Assembly (NCBI GenBank): GCA_016748015.1 | Contig: JAAOMT010000200.1 | Location: 432,984 to 496,983 of the forward strand | Direction: 5' to 3' | From: Geosiphon pyriformis uo1 | Lineage: Eukaryota > Fungi > Glomeromycota | DNA length: 64,000 nucleotides | Part shown: in pieces, positions 22,722 through 37,950 of the stretch | How the letters are laid out: each line of letters opens with the position of its first letter | Position numbering within the stretch: the first letter of the stretch is position 1 | Position numbers and translations under genes: made by a program | Notes under the pieces: generated by a model | Database searches by the model: none | What the model saw: the letters and a program-made list of their open reading frames with translations, nothing else | What the model was told of the DNA's origin: nothing

Positions 22722-25700
22722 ATGTGCATATAATTGTTCCCAGCCACTGGTTATTTCTTCTGTAACTGTGGTTTTTTTAGGTTTGTTTTCTTCTTTTCCT
22801 TTTCTTTTGTTATCTCAAAAGAGTACTAGTGGTAATTCATTGTGATTAGTGTTAGCCCATAAAACTTGGTAGACTTTCCAAGTAGGTTTTTCTTTTTTTT
22901 CTTTAAATTTTATGAGTAGTATTGGTGTTGTGTTTGTCCAAAAGTAACTGCACATGACTGGTACATGTGTATATTGTCTGTTCTGGCTGAGTTGTAATTT
23001 TTGGGTGGTCCAGTTAAGCACAGCATTGGTTTTAAACAACCAGTTATTACCAACTAGTGTTTGGTATTAGGTGGCTTCTATTACTAGGACTTTGATTAAT
23101 ATAGTGATGCCATTGACTTCAAAAGAAAAGTCATTAATCTTGCCAATAGGAGTCTTTGTGGCTCCATTAGCCATAATAATCTTGATGTTGACAGCACAAT
23201 CAACTTGGTAACCTAATTGGTCCATAAGTTGTCATATAATGATGCTGCCAGCTAATCCACTATCAAAAATAAGCTTGATAAAATAACCATTAACTTTGGC
23301 ATTTGTATACATAACAGTAATAAGTTTGGTATCAAGCATAGCTCTATTAAACAATAAGACTGGTGTCATTTTCTCAAGTTTGAAGGGAAAAATTGCTATT
23401 AAAGATTCATTATTGGTAATGGTGGCTGGAGATATGTTACTGATAAGTAGTTGTTTTTGGTTGGGTTTTGTTTTATTGGATAAGATGTTTTCTGGAGTTA
23501 CCAAAAGACTTAAATAGTATTGGGAATTTGAATTTTGGGTGTATCTGGTTTTTGAATTCCACTGGTGTGATCCTGATAACTGGTTTAATGAGCTGGAAAT
23601 TGGTTGATGAACAACTATTGCCAATCTCCAGTTTTGAGTAATCCTAAATCTGGAATTTCCTGATGTTATCTGAGCTGAGTTTGGTGGTGGTGTTAGAATT
23701 TGTTGAGATTGATATATTATTTGTGGCTGTGGTTGATAAATAACTGGTGCCAGAGTCTAATAAATGGGTGGTTAATAAATTAGTGGCTGTGTTATTAATA
23801 GGTAATTTGGTTGATATAGTATTGGGTTTGGTTGATTACTTGGAGTTTGAAACTGATGATTGGAGTTTCAATATTGACTTTCTGATTGTTAGTCATTTAA
23901 GTAATAGTAGCAGTCAATTTGCAGATGTTCTTGTTTACCACAGTAGTGGCAAACACATTTTCTGTTGCCACTGTTGATTGGTCGATAATAATAGATGTGA
24001 TTAATTTTGGAAATAATTAGGGTTTTTTTAATTATTGCATTATTGTAGAAGTTGATAAATTGTCTAATTGTTGTTAGCTAAGTATCTTTCTAATTTCTGA
24101 TTAATTGAATCACTAAATTGCTTCAATTTGGAATCCAAGTCAGATGATCTATTCATTACTAGATTTATGGCTTGGACATAGTTGATTTCTAATTCAGCAG
24201 CTTCAAAATCTCTGACATAAGTAACTGTGGCTTAAAGGTCTGTTAAATGTAATAAGTGTACCCATTAGAGAATACTACTGTGCAGGCCTCGAATAAATTG
24301 ATTTAAGATTTGTAGTGCAGTAAAATAATCAGCTTGTATTGCTTGAATTTGGCACAGATTTCTGTGGAAATATTCCAAGTAAGTAGTAATTGCTTCAGTT
24401 TTCTCTTGCTTAATGATAGTAAAAGTGTTGGCTAAATAGTTGATGCTATTATTATTGCTGAAATATTGTAAGAATTCAAGCTTAAATGCATTGAAATTTT
24501 GGGGTTTGTTAACCAAGCTTTGATATCATGAGTTGGTAATATCTTAGAAAAAGTATGAAATAGCTTGTATGGCTTTGGCATTATTCTATTTATTGGCTGT
24601 AATGGCTTTTTTTATATTGTTCAGCCACACTTGCACATCATCTTCTTTGTCAATAAACTTTTCAAGTTTAGCAATAGATGCATATGCTATTGGTTGTTAT
24701 TGTGGCAGTTGTTAAAATAGTTATTGCAGTTACTATTAAGGTAGTACTTACAGCTATTGAATTGGTTCAGCAATTGGTTCAATTGGTGGCTAATTAATTA
24801 TGATTACTGTAGGTAAATGTTGATTAATTATGTTAGGGTTTGCATTGTTTTGATTTTTCTAAGTTTGAATATTTAGGGTTTGATTTTCTGAGTTTTCTGA
24901 AATTGGGTTTTGGTAATTAAATTCTTAATCTTCATTTTCTTTCTTTTCTAATTCTGTCACTTCCCAAGGACTTGTGGTTCCAAAATCTGGTTAAGGTGGC
25001 AATGATCAAAATTTTAATGAAGTCAGTGATCACAATTTAAATTCTTCAAAATAATTGCTGTAGGTTCCTAATAATTCTGTTTTCTTTTGTTTACTTTAAA
25101 ATAGAAATTGAACTAATGATGGTTTTATGTTTAAGGTGGATGCATCTGGTAATAAAATGTTGATAGTACTTCTGGGTGTATAGTGATATAATAAGTTGGT
25201 TGGGAATTCTACTCTTGTTTTTTTCCAAGTAGGTAGTTGTATTTTTTGAAGTGTTATTACTGGTGTTTGCAGTTTTTCTTTGCCTTTGTTTGCATAGGTA
25301 ATTGGGTATCTTTGTTGAGTGTGATGTTTAATTTTTCTATTAATTTCAGTGAAAATTGTTGTGAAATTATAATTTGCTAGTAGGCTGGTATTTTGAATTA
25401 ATTTGTTGTAAAAATTTCCTCTTGCAAAGTTGGTTTTTACTGATACTCCTAGCAAATATAAAATTCTTTTGTTGATGTAGAAATTGAAGGCTAATTCTGC
25501 TAATAGATGGTTGTTGGTTAATTCCAAATGTTGACAGTAGTGTTGGAATAAGGAGTTGGCAAATCCTAAATGGTTTGCCCCTATTTTTTCTAATTCTGCC
25601 ACTTTTAGATAGTTGTTGGTTAGTACTGGTTCTTTGTAAGATTATATCTCACAGAGAGCACCAAATATTACAGATGAATATTTGGGGTCTCAAGTCAAAT

Positions 25701-26512
25701 AACAAACTCATAACTTGGTACTAATAGCTGATCTAATTGTTATAATCTGAAGGTTTTGGTTGAGTTTTTTGTATAATAGACAGAGATTTGATAATGTTGC
25801 TGTAGTTGATGAATAGTTTTCCCAATTTTTTTTTTCAGCTTAGTGGCTGGTTTATTCTGGCATTCGTGCCCTTCTGGTAAGCTATTTGTTAATATATATC
25901 TAATATTATCCTTCTTTTGGGTCTTTTACCAAACTATTCATGACATCAATAATTCAGCACTTAATCCTTAATCAATTAGTAAACACAACAAAATAAAGAA
26001 AAAAAAATAAAAGAGATAAAGAAAAATAAAAATAAAAAAAATAAGCCAAGGCAATTTGCAAGTTAGTATCCTATAAATAGCCATAATCAAGAGCTATTAT
26101 TCTAGTGTGATTAAATATTGATTATTATCAACATAGAAAGTTGATAGTAGAGAATATATTTGAGATAGTGAATAATTATTTATTGATATTTGTAATATGG
26201 AAGGCTGCTTAGATTAAATCTAAACTAAAAAGTCTGTTTTTTTTATTTCTAATGCTACTGCTATATATACATAATTGAGATTTCTCAATTCCTCAATTTT
26301 TTATACCAGAAATCTTAGAATTTCTAAAATCCTGCAATTTTTTGAAAGGAATTCTGGAATTCTGGAGTTCTATAATTCCTTATATAAAAATCCTGAAATT
26401 CTTGGAATTCTGCAATTTCTTTAAAAAAAATCCTGGAATTCTACATTTATTATGGCTACTTTTGATTGGCTAATTTATATGCTAATATATTTCCTATATT
26501 CTATAAGTAACA
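22722..26512 (-). mobile_element. Element C proximal part: protease, gag, PBS (25646-25663), 5' LTR
   Basis: LIFDSGLAGS, ORFs 24265-24516 and 25096-25602 homologous to A gag. Confidence 0.9.
25666..26512 (-). repeat. 5' LTR of element C (A-like family)
   Basis: TATTAC...GTAACA; same TATA, CCAAT and U3 repeats as A. Confidence 0.9.
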
Positions 26513-27798
26513 ACATAAAGTCCACAAAGTTTGAGAACATGAATTTGTGATTCTGATTTCTTAATAATTGATTTATTTCAGAAAATGAAGATGAAATAGA
26601 ATAAATAATGGAAGGGGTAAGAATATTTGATTTTTGTTTAGTGGTTTATATCTAGATGTCTCTTTTTTTAACTTCTATAATTACTCATTTTTATACATTC
26701 TTTTGGTTTTACAGGATTGTTTTTGATTGTTTTTATTATTACTAGCTATTGTTTTACTATTTCTGTTATTGCTTCATTCTTTTATGTTATTCCTAGTTAT
26801 ACTATATTATAATATGCTATCTGGTGTTATTACATATTATTCTGTATTATTTTATATTATAACATATTATCTTGTATTATTCTAAGTTATAACATATTAT
26901 CTAATATTATTGTACTGTTACAGATAATTTTTAAGTGTCTTGGTGGGTGATTTCTGAAGATTGTTTATATCTAAAGGTTTTGGTTGGGTTTTTTGTATAA
27001 TAAACAGAGATTCAATGATTGTTTTCAGTAGTCTTTTGGAATTGCAATTCTGTTAATTCTTTTTTCAGCTTAATGGCCAGCAATTCTCTGGTAAGTAATC
27101 TTTAATCTTAATTTGTTTTACCCTTTTGCAGGGGTTTTTTACTAGGCAATCTTTAACATCAATAATTCAGTGCTTAATTCTTTTAATTAGTTTAGTGAAC
27201 AACAAAAGAAAATAAAATAAAAGAAAGAAAATAAAAGAAAATAAAGAAATAAAGAAAATAAAATAAAAAATAAGTGTCTTGTCAATAGCTATAATTAAGA
27301 GCTATTGTGCCAGCAAATTAAGTAGTAAATAATAACATGGATTTAAGAATAATAGATAATTTTATTAATATGAGAGTGATTTCACTTTAAGTTATAGTAT
27401 TCTATCTTTTGAAGGAAGGGTATTTAATAATTATGACCTGCAAGTCTAATTGACTTTGAGTCTTCTTGACTAATTTTCTAGCTTTTGATACTACTGCTAT
27501 ATATACATAAATTTTATTGTATGAAATTTCTTGAATTTTTTAATTCTCTAGCCAGAAATTCTGCAATTTTTGGAATTCTGCAATTTCTTATACAAGAATC
27601 CTATAATTTTGGAATCCTGCAATTTTTCTGAAAAAAATCCTGGAATTCCATTTTTATTATATCTATTCTGATTGGCTAATTTATGTACTAATATTTAATT
27701 CCTATATTCTATGAATAATAGTGTACTATTCTGTATTATGTTACATTTTGGTCATGTTTTCTTTATAACTTTGGATCAGTTTTTTTACTTGGATAACA
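26513..27798 (-). repeat. Partial LTR of an E-family element (E'), interrupted by C and solo LTR S1, itself inserted in D
   Basis: 26513-26915 plus 27725-27798 align to E LTR 53229-53752; ends GATAACA. Confidence 0.85.
26916..27720 (-). repeat. Solo LTR S1 (A-like family)
   Basis: TGTTAC start, decayed end; flanks GTAC/GTGT (decayed TSD); no PBS or PPT. Confidence 0.85.
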
Positions 27799-28629
27799 TT
27801 GTCTTTCATGAAAGCTTGGGTCACACCCAATAAAGATTACTAGACACAAATCCACTATTACTGTAAACCATGTTACTATAAATGCTATGGCTATCTAAAA
27901 CACCAAGAAAAGTAGGACAACAAACTATGTCTTGCTTATGGTAAATAATTATTTAATGAAGAAATATAGAATGACATTCCTAGTCAAGGAGGAATGTGTG
28001 ACACTTTGTGCCAGTACACCATCCTTATAAGTGACTGGGTGAGTCATGGAATGCTAATAACTGCCACCTGACATTGAGCAATCTCTCGCTTAGATAGTTA
28101 TTCACACAATGAAGACAAAATTTGGAGAATAGCAACTGCTAAAGTCAAAAGTACAACACCCAATAAAATATTGGAAATCAAGAACAATCCACCAGAACCA
28201 GTAGAAATAATTCACATTCCTAACTCTAATACTTTTTTGGATGTTGAAACTGGTTCAGAAGAATTTTACAACTACTACCAAAACTTGGCACTAATTAGAA
28301 AAGAGCAAAAACAGTGTTTAGAACAATTAAACATCTAATTATGTGACTATTGTTTAATTCTATGTGACTTTCAATATTGTAATAAGTGTGATTTCATTTA
28401 CAATCTACCATCATATATAATCTACACAATCTTAAAAAAAAAAAACTAATTAGCAACTATGCATTGAAATCAAAATCAATGTTTAATTTCGATTCAAACT
28501 TTAACAATGATAATAACAATAATGGTTCCAGCTTCATTCAAAATAACAACAATAATAACAATAATTTGAACTCCGATTTAAACTCTAAACAATACATTGT
28601 ATTTTTTGATCTTTTCAAGAAACAAAAAC

Positions 28630-29055
28630 TCAAATGGTTTAGTGATAATAATGAAGATATTATGTCAAAATGTGTGCATGATACTAATGTAGAGTTTGAT
28701 CTGAGATATTTTGGAAAAGATGCCATTAAGTTGGAACCATATTTATGTATCTGTATTAATTTGAAAATAGCACTAAAAATTTCAACAACAACAATAGTGC
28801 AATTAACATTTAGAAGTAGTTTAGTGAAAAAAAAAATCAATATTAGAAAAAGAATAATTAACATAAAATATATAGAAAATATTATTGCAATTTTACAAAA
28901 TGATTTAGACAAGACCTATATCATAGAGCCAAATAAAAAGATAGCACAGACAATATTCCTGTCTCTGGTCAAAATAGCTTAGTTAGTATTAATAAGAAAC
29001 AGGAAAAAATTAAAAATTATAGCTAAAGGGATTAATGGATTCAGATCTACAGATA
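28630..29055 (+). pseudogene. dUTPase domain of element D (degraded)
   Basis: ORF 28464-28982: VEFDLRY, RSSL, KIAQTIF. Confidence 0.82.
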
Positions 29056-29479
29056 GAATAGATGTACCAGTCAATATAGCAGAGAAAAAAATTATTGACA
29101 AAGGAGAAATTATCTCTACTCATCAATTAATCTCTATTCTGCTATATAACCAGTATATATTAGCCATAAAAAAGAGAATAAAGGATCAAGCTCAAATTTT
29201 TGAAGTGGAAACTACCATTTGTAAATCAGAAAAGATTGGATTCACCAATTTTTACATATTAGCCAAAAGCCTTAAATACATCAAAATCCCCATCTACAAT
29301 ATAATAGAAGATATTATTGAGATACCAAAAGAAACTACCATTAGTTATTTAAGCACTGAAGTTGAAAAACAACCACCAAATCCCATTTTAGACTTTCCAC
29401 AACTGTGTAAATATGTGGATATTACATTACAAACAATATATGGATGAAAAAAATGTTATTTGCTCCAACCAGAACAATT

Positions 29480-32275
29480 AAAACAGATAAACTTGGGAAA
29501 TTTAGATCCACTATAATATATACAGCTTAAGATATTACTCAACAACTTCAATAATATCTTTGCCAGTAAAAATAAATTTGGTAGAACTGATATAATCTAA
29601 CATCAAATTAAGATTGGAGACACAATGCCAATTAAACAAAAAACATACCAAATACTACCAATAAGCCATAAAATTATCTAATAAAAGATCAATTGAATGT
29701 TAAACAACAGGTTAATTCAATTATTAATGAATTCATAGTTGTTATCAGTAGTACTAGTCTGTAAAAAAAATGAGAAGATTTGCTTTTGTGTGGATTACAG
29801 AAAATTCAATGAAGTAACTCATGAAAACAATTACTTAACTCCACAAATTCAAGAATTATTTGATGCTTTTGGAGGAAAGAAATAGTTTTCAATATTGGAT
29901 CTAGATAGTAACTACTGGCAAGTAGCCATAAAACCAGAAGATAAAAAGAAAACTGTTTTTACAACCAGAGAAAGAAATTTTGAATTTAAAGTAATGTTAT
30001 TTGACTTAACTAATACACCAGCTACATTCCAATAGCTTATGGAAATTATTTATATTAGACTGCTATAAAAATTAATAGTGATTTACTTAGATAATACTAA
30101 CATATTTTTAAAAATATCTGACAACCATTTTCATTATCAAGTGTTTGAAAGACTGAGAAGAGCAGGGCTAAAGTTAAATACCACCAAATGTTTTTTTGGC
30201 AAAACAGAATTAAAATTTTTGAGATATATAGTGAGCAAAAATAGAATCAAGATGGATCCAAACAAGATTGAGATAGTAAAGATTTTTCTAGTACTGACAA
30301 ATTTAATAGAGCTACAAACATTCTTGGGATTTGCTGGATACTACTGCCACTTTATTCAGAATTTCTCAAAAATAGCTTAACCACTTTACTAGCTCCAAGC
30401 CAAAAATGTGAAATATAAATAGACAAAAACCCAGCAAGAAGCATTTAATATAATAAGAAAAAAACTTATTCAAATATTAGTATTAATTTATTTAAACTAC
30501 AGCAGACTATTTATGATCACCACCAATACATCAGGCCAAACATTGAGAACAGTACTATCTTAGAAAAAACCAGATAAAAAAAACATCTAATAGTATATAC
30601 TAGTCATAGCTTAAGTCCAGCTGAAAAAACTATAGAACTTTAACACTAGAATACTTGGCTATGTCATCAAATAAAAAGAATACTTGACTCAAAAGTTTGA
30701 TGTATACACTGATTACAAAGGATTGACTTTAATTTAAAAACAAAAATTTAGAGACAATTGCTATGCAAGATAGAAAATAGAACTTGCACCATTTAAATAT
30801 ACAGTATATTACAAAAAAAGAAAAAAAACAGAAATATTGATGGCTTGTCATAAATAAGACAAATCTAAAACCATTTCAATCCAAAAATATAACAAAAAAT
30901 GAATACACAAAAATATTGACAACTCCAACACTATATTAATACCCAGTAGTTTAAGGAGAAATTATCTCCAAAGGAATAAAATAACATAAAACAACAATCT
31001 AAATATTTTATTACCCACCAAAATATATTATATTGAAAAAACAAAAAAAATTCAGATTAACTATTTAGAGTAATTACAGAATCAGAGAAAGAAACAATAC
31101 TATTCAATATGCATTCAGATCCAATAGCAGGACATTTTTATAAAAAAGCAATCATAAAAAAAACCAGAAAAAGATAATATTAGCCATCTATATATCCAGA
31201 AATTATTTAATATGTTCAAAATTGTAATACTTATTAGAGAAGAGAAAGAACAAAACCCAATAAGCCATTGAGACTAATTAAAGTAAGACAACCATTTGAT
31301 CACATTGGAATTGACTTAGTCAGACTACTAATCATTACCAGCAAAGAAAACAAATACATTGCAGTAGCTATAAACTATCTTACAAAATGGCCAGAAGCAA
31401 AAACAATTCAAAGAGCAGATGCAGAATCTGTTGCCAAATTCATTCATCAAAATTTAATCTGTTAACACAAATGTCCAAAAAAATTGTTATCTGACCAAGA
31501 AACTTACTTTGTAAACAAAACATTAGCAGAATTAAGTCAAAAATTTGGAATTAAAAGACTATTGTCATTATCATATTATCTACAAACCAATGGCTTAATT
31601 AAAAAGTTTAATAGAATATTATGTGAAGTAATTGCCAAAATCAGCCAGAAAAACCAGAACAAATGGGATTTATTTATATCATCAGTATTATTTGCTTATC
31701 AGCCAATAAAGCAAGACACTACACAAACTACATTATTGAATTAGTATATAGTAGAACAACAACAATACCAATCAAAATAGAAGTCAAAACATATCCAACA
31801 AAACCAATAACAGAAGAAAATTTCCAAGAAATATTGTTGAGAAAAACATATGACTGGATGGAAACACTAGAAAACAAATAGTGAAAAGCAGCTGATAATA
31901 TCCAAAAGTTACAAAAAAAACAAAAAAAAAGACATTAACCAATTACTAAATAAACCAGTTAAATTCAAGATTGAAGACAAAGTACTTTTATATCATACCA
32001 AAGTGGAAAAACAATAGAGTGAAAAATTCGATCCTAAATAGAATAAATCATTTTACATTGAAGAAATTTTAGAAAATGGAGCTTATAAATTAAGATAAAA
32101 CAACAAAATCTTAACCAAAGCAGCACATAGTGATCGACTAAAACTTTATTACAATACAGTATCATTATTTATTAATAATATTCCACAATTAGGAGTACAA
32201 AGAATACTAGTTCAACCAGAAGAGATCTCATAAGATCTAGAACCAATAATAATCATTGATACAAACATGTTAAAT
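29480..32275 (+). pseudogene. pol of element D (RT, RH, IN)
   Basis: ORFs 30078-30380, 31268-31465, 31484-31744, 31663-31881. Confidence 0.9.
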
Positions 32276-32329
32276 TGAGACATCAGAATTCTATATAAAG
32301 AGTTGACATATAATAAAGATATAGAAAAA

Positions 32330-32990
32330 ATGGAAATTACTAATAACATTTACTAACTAACACAACAATTATTCCAGGCCATAAATTAACAACAAACAAA
32401 CATGGAAATAATGATCAATTATCAAACCATCTGCTATAGAAACATTAAAAGAAAAAAAAAAAAAACCACATCATATCAACAAACACACAAAGGAAATAGT
32501 AATAATATTGACAAAATTATTAAAAAAGTAAAAAGTGCTTTCAAAAAACCAGTTGTTATAGTCCAATTAGGAGAAGTAACAACAGAAAATTGGGATCAAT
32601 GGATAGAACAATTTCCAATTTTATATTGCTATTAGTATCTGAGACAAAAATTAATGATCCAGAATTTAAATACAAATCAAACCAAAAGATTTTTTGATCA
32701 AAAGATTATACAAAACATAAAAAACTTTATTGAAAAAAAATTTAATTTGGGTATATATATTAAAACTATTTACTGAATATATACTATCTTTCAAGATTAT
32801 CTGGAGATATTATTACAATTAAAAATCAGTAGCTTATCTGTTAATTAATAGGGAAAAATAACCAACAGTCAGTTTAAGGAACTCTGTAAAAAAATAAAGA
32901 AAATAATCTTAGAAAAAAAGTTATGAAATTATTACAAGAAGAAAAGTTAGGAAATTTTGACAGAGCTCAATATTAAAAAAGAGGAGATAA
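32330..32990 (+). pseudogene. ORF3 of element D
   Basis: MEIMINYQTICY..IDKIIKKVK..VTTENWDQWIEQFPILYCY homologous to A ORF3. Confidence 0.78.
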
Positions 32991-33775
32991 TATTACACTT
33001 AGAAAAAAAATAATACATAATCAGAAAAAAGAAAAACACATAATTATAAATTAGCCAATTAAAATAGAAAAAGAGAAAAAAAAATTTTTCAAGAAATTTT
33101 GGATGTTTCAGAAAATTCAGAATTATTTAAGAAATTCAAGATATTTTAGAAAAGTTGAAAATTTTTCAGAAAATCAAGAATTTTATAGAAAATCTAACAA
33201 AGAAAAAAGATTTTTTGTGTAAAGAGAAATATGTATATATAGCAGTAGTATTAAAAGCAGAAAAGACATATCTCTTAATGTTTTAACTTTCTTTTTTACT
33301 TATTTCTTTATCACTTCAAGGATAGTTCATATCTGTTGAAATGAAATCATCAAATTATTAATAAAATACTTATCTAAAAAATCTAATTTATGTTGTTATC
33401 ATTTAGTTGAGAAATATTTGTTAAACTCTAACTATCAATATTTTATGTTAATAATTGCTGATACTTAATTATACTGGAACAATAGCTCTTGATTATGACT
33501 ATTAACAAGATACTAACTTTTGATTGTTTTGGCTTATTTTTTTATTTTCTTTCTTTTTTTATTTTTATTGTTGTATACTAATTGATTAAAAATTAAGCAC
33601 TGAGTTATTAATGTTAAAAAGACTGGTAAAAGACCCAGGAATAAGGGTAAAAACTCATCAAATTAAGGATAGCTTACCAGAAAAATACCAGCCACCATAC
33701 TAAAAAAAAAATTTGACAGAATTGCAATTCCAAAAAGCTATAAGAAAACAATACTTGAATCTCTGTTCATTATAC

Positions 33776-34523
33776 TGTTATGGGTTGGAATAACAAGCTA
33801 ACAGATAGCAAGGAAGAACAGAATTATAGAGTGATGGAAATAATTAAAGAGAATTCAACTTCAAAGAGTAAATTGAATAAGTATGGATTCAATGTGTGAG
33901 ATCAGTCTCATAAAATATCTCAGTCACTATTCTTTTCAAAAGGTAACTAGAGAATCTGAAGGTAGAAAGATAGTCCATACTGTCAACAAATAATCACATT
34001 TGATATAATTCTATGCTTCATGTCAGTGCTCTTAGAATTTAATATCAAGTATTAGATGTGCTCTTCAGTTATGTTTTATTCAATAATCTTCAAATGCTAC
34101 ACTTATACATTTTAGAAAAAGAGTAAGAATTAACCAATAAGTAATCTTTTATCCCAAGATGTTCGAATACTTAAAAGTAAAGAAAGGGAAATTAATGATA
34201 AGAAAATGATTGAGATAAAAGTTGTTATTTTATTTATTCTTAATTATTTTGAACATGCTTTTCTTCAGTTAAGAGATTTATTGCTTATATAATTGTTAAA
34301 AGTGGTCAATGATTAGATCAATGACTAAGTTAATAATCAAGTCAATGATCAGATCAATGATCAAGTCAATAATTAGGTCAATGATTAGATTAATAATCAG
34401 GTCAATAGTCAGGTCATTGATCAGGTCAATAATCACTATCTAAAAATAGAGTGGCTAATTTATATGACATCAGTGACTAATACATGTGATAATTAATAAG
34501 AAGTATAAGTTTCAACCATAACA
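33776..34523 (-). repeat. 3' LTR of element F
   Basis: Pair of 40856-41603; 12-bp GATCAGGTCAAT array at about 34304-34432. Confidence 0.95.
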
Positions 34524-35150
34524 TTATCCTCTTCAAAGAGATTGAGCTCTGGTGAAATCAAGCTATTTATGGAGTAATCTATTTGAAAGGTTTTATCTAA
34601 CTCAAAGCTAACTAGTTTGTTGAAGTTTTTTGTGGATAAGATATATAACACTTGAGACAAAATGAGTTTTGTATCTAAGAGACCAAATCTTTGTATTAGA
34701 GTTTTGGCTTTTTTAGCAATAGTTAAAACTCTTGAGACATTTAACTGTATAATGCCCAAAATTTCTGCCTGTATCTCTGAAGTTGTTTTCTTTATGAGTT
34801 TTATATCCTTTATGATTTTACCAAGGCAACTATAGAGTTCTAATTGCCTTCCATATAACAAGTTTTTGTCTATGGGTAAGATTTCTTGGAGTGTTTTTCA
34901 AATTGTGCTAGAAGATGAAAGTATAGCTGCTGTTATACTTTTCAACAGATATTTATCTATTTTGCTACCAATTTTTTCTTTTCTGGTAATAGTTTTCTTT
35001 GGTCTAATAACAGTATGTGTTCTACTGTTATTAGTTATGGTGGTTTGTTTTTCAATAGTCAAAGTAGCATTTAGATAGTTTTTAATGCAATACTTATAGA
35101 GAGTATAGAAAACATTTTGAATGTTTTGATCCAGAAAATAATTGTTCATG
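34493..35150 (-). pseudogene. ORF3 of element F, runs into the 3' LTR
   Basis: ORFs 34898-35245 and 34493-34861; LELYSCLGKII, LSTKNFNKL are weakly similar to other ORF3s. Confidence 0.65.
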
Positions 35151-35259
35151 TTAATTGAAAATACCTCTGTTTTGGGAATGGTGTATTTATTTATACTTGA
35201 TTTTTGCTGATTAATTGAGTCAGTATTATCACAACAAACAGCCAATTAGGTTATTTATG

Positions 35260-37950
35260 ATATTTTTGAGTCATGTACTGTGAACAAAATGATCATTGAA
35301 GATTGTTCCAGATTGATCTTGAAGAATATAAGAACTATTGTTCAAAACTTTGTTAACTATAAAAGGTTTTTTCTATTGGCTAGAGAACTTATCACCATAA
35401 ACATTGTCTCTGTCAAAATGGTATTCTAGTACCAAGTCACCAACACTTAAAGAAAGTGTTTTATATGTTTTCTTTTTCTTAAGCTTTTCTTGAAACTGTT
35501 TTATCTTTTCAAAAGCAATTATTTGTGCTTCTATTAAGGAGTCAAGAATGATACCAAGTCTTCTTTGCAAAATGTTTTTGTAATTTTCTATTGTAATCTC
35601 TTCAAAGAGTATTGTTTTAATGTCAGTTTTTATTAGTAGTGTTGTCATGCATCCATAGAGCAGATAAAAAAGTTCATAACTTGTTATGTCATAATTTACA
35701 GTTCTATAAGCAAACAAAGCTGAAGGCAGTATTTTGTTCCATAAGTTTGTTTCTTTACTGGTTTTGGCTAGGGTTTCACATAGTGTTCTATTAAAATATT
35801 CCACTAGGCCATTTGTTTGAAAGTGATAAAAGAAGGAAAGTTTATGATGTATTCCTATTTTTTTACAAAGTTCCTCAACCAGTGTACTGAGAAAAGCTCT
35901 TCTTTTATCAGATAAAAGTTCTTTGGGGCAGTCATAATGGCAGATGATATCTTCATAAATGAAATTGGCTATTAAGACTGCTGTTTGGTCTGAAGTGGCT
36001 CTTGTTTCTACTCACTTTGTAAGATAGTTAATAACTGTGATAATATATCTGTTGTTATCAGGAGTTATTGTTAAAGGTTCAACAACATTTATATCAATTC
36101 TGTCAAATAATTGACTAACAGAGATTGGATAAATATTTTCTTTGTGATTGGGTTTGCCTTTTCTTTGGCAGATGTCACAGGTTTTAATGTATTCAGCAAT
36201 GTTTTTTCCCAAGGTAGGCCAATAATAGCAAGCTAAAGTTTTTTGAATTGTCTTTGTTTTTTCAAAGTGTTCAGCTAATGGGTTAGTGTATATGTTGTAT
36301 ATTACAATTTCTCTTTCTTTAAATCTGATGACTCTCGAGGGGCAGTCAGGATCTTTTCTATTTTTTTTATATAATTGGTTCTGGTAAATTAAATAGAAAT
36401 TTGATTGTTTGCGTAAATGTTCTCTTTACTGTTAAGTAATATTCTGGTGGGTATTGTCTTTTACCCAAAAATTTCATTAAGGCAGAGTAGTTGTCTAAGT
36501 CCATTATTGTGTTTGTTTATGAAGGAGTTACTAATAATTAAGTTGGTTTGATTTGAGAAGTTGTATTATTACTAAATGGTAAGTCTAAAGAGAGCATTGG
36601 CATTTTGATGATTTGCTTCTTTACAGTATTAAATATCATAGTCAAATTCATCCAAATGAAGTATTTAGTGAGTTATTTGTTTGTGTTCTAGCTTTTTTTT
36701 ATTGTGCAGCCAAACCAAGACTTGATAATCTGTTACTACTAAAAATTTTGCACCAAAAAGATATTGATCCCAATAGCTAATAGCCCAAACTACTGCTAAA
36801 CATTTTTGTTCAGTAACTAAATAGTTTTTTTCTGCTGGTGTAAAAGATCTACTGACATATGCTATGGCATGTTCTCTGCCATTTTCATCTTTCTGTGAAA
36901 GAACAGCACTAAGTCCATAGCTAAATGCATCAGTGTGGAGAATAAAAGGTTGGTCCAGATCAGATTGCTTGAGAATTGGTTTAATAACAAGTTTTTCTTT
37001 CAGAATTTTAAAAGCTTTTTGTTAATAAGTGCTCCAGTGATAATTGACATTTTTTCTGAGTAGCTGATTCAGAAGAAAGACAATTTTGGAGAAATTCTTA
37101 ATAAATTTATGATAGTAAAAGGCCAAACCAAGAAAAGAGCATAATTCAAAAACATTCATTGGTTGTCTAATATTCTGAACTTTTTCAACTTTAGCTGGAT
37201 CAGAGAAGATTTCATTTTTTGTAATAAGATAATCAAGAAACTGGGTGGATTGGTGTCCAAAAAAAGATTTAATTGGGTTAATCTTGAGGCCAGCATTTCT
37301 AAGCAGGTCAAAAACCTTCTGTAAATATTCAAAATGTTTATCTCAGGTTTTTGAATATACCATTATATCATCCAAATAAACCAGAACAAAGTTTTCTTTT
37401 ACTGATTCAAATACTTTATTCATTAGGCATTGAAAGATGGAAGGAGCATTGATGAGACCAAAAGGCATGATTGTGAATTTATAGATGTCATACTTGGTAA
37501 TGAAGACAGTTTTTTTTCTGCTTTCTAAATGCATTTTTACTTGTCAGAATTTAGCAGTTAAGTCAATGGTTAAGAAGAAAGCAGCACCATTGAATTTATC
37601 TAGCATTGCATTAATTTTGGGGAGTAAATACATGTCTCTTATAGTAATGGCATTTAGTTGGCAGTAGTCAACACAGAAGCATAGGGTTCCATCTTTTTTG
37701 GATACCACTACAACTGGGAAAGCCTATTCACTCTTGGTTTCCTGTATAAATTCAAGATCTTTCATTCTGTTTATCTCTTTCTTGATAAACTCATTATTGC
37801 ATTAATTGGATTGATAAGGCTTCAAATGGATGGGATAAGTTTCTTTTGTGGTGATAGTATATTGTATCACATGAGTTCATCTGGGAGTGTCACCTTCTTT
37901 TGAAATAACTGAAGCATTTTTAGCCAACAGATTTTTAATGTTCACTTTTC
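35260..37950 (-). pseudogene. pol of element F (RT YLDD, RH, IN)
   Basis: MPFGLINAP, VYLDDIMV, CDICQRKG, FNRTLCETL. Confidence 0.92.
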
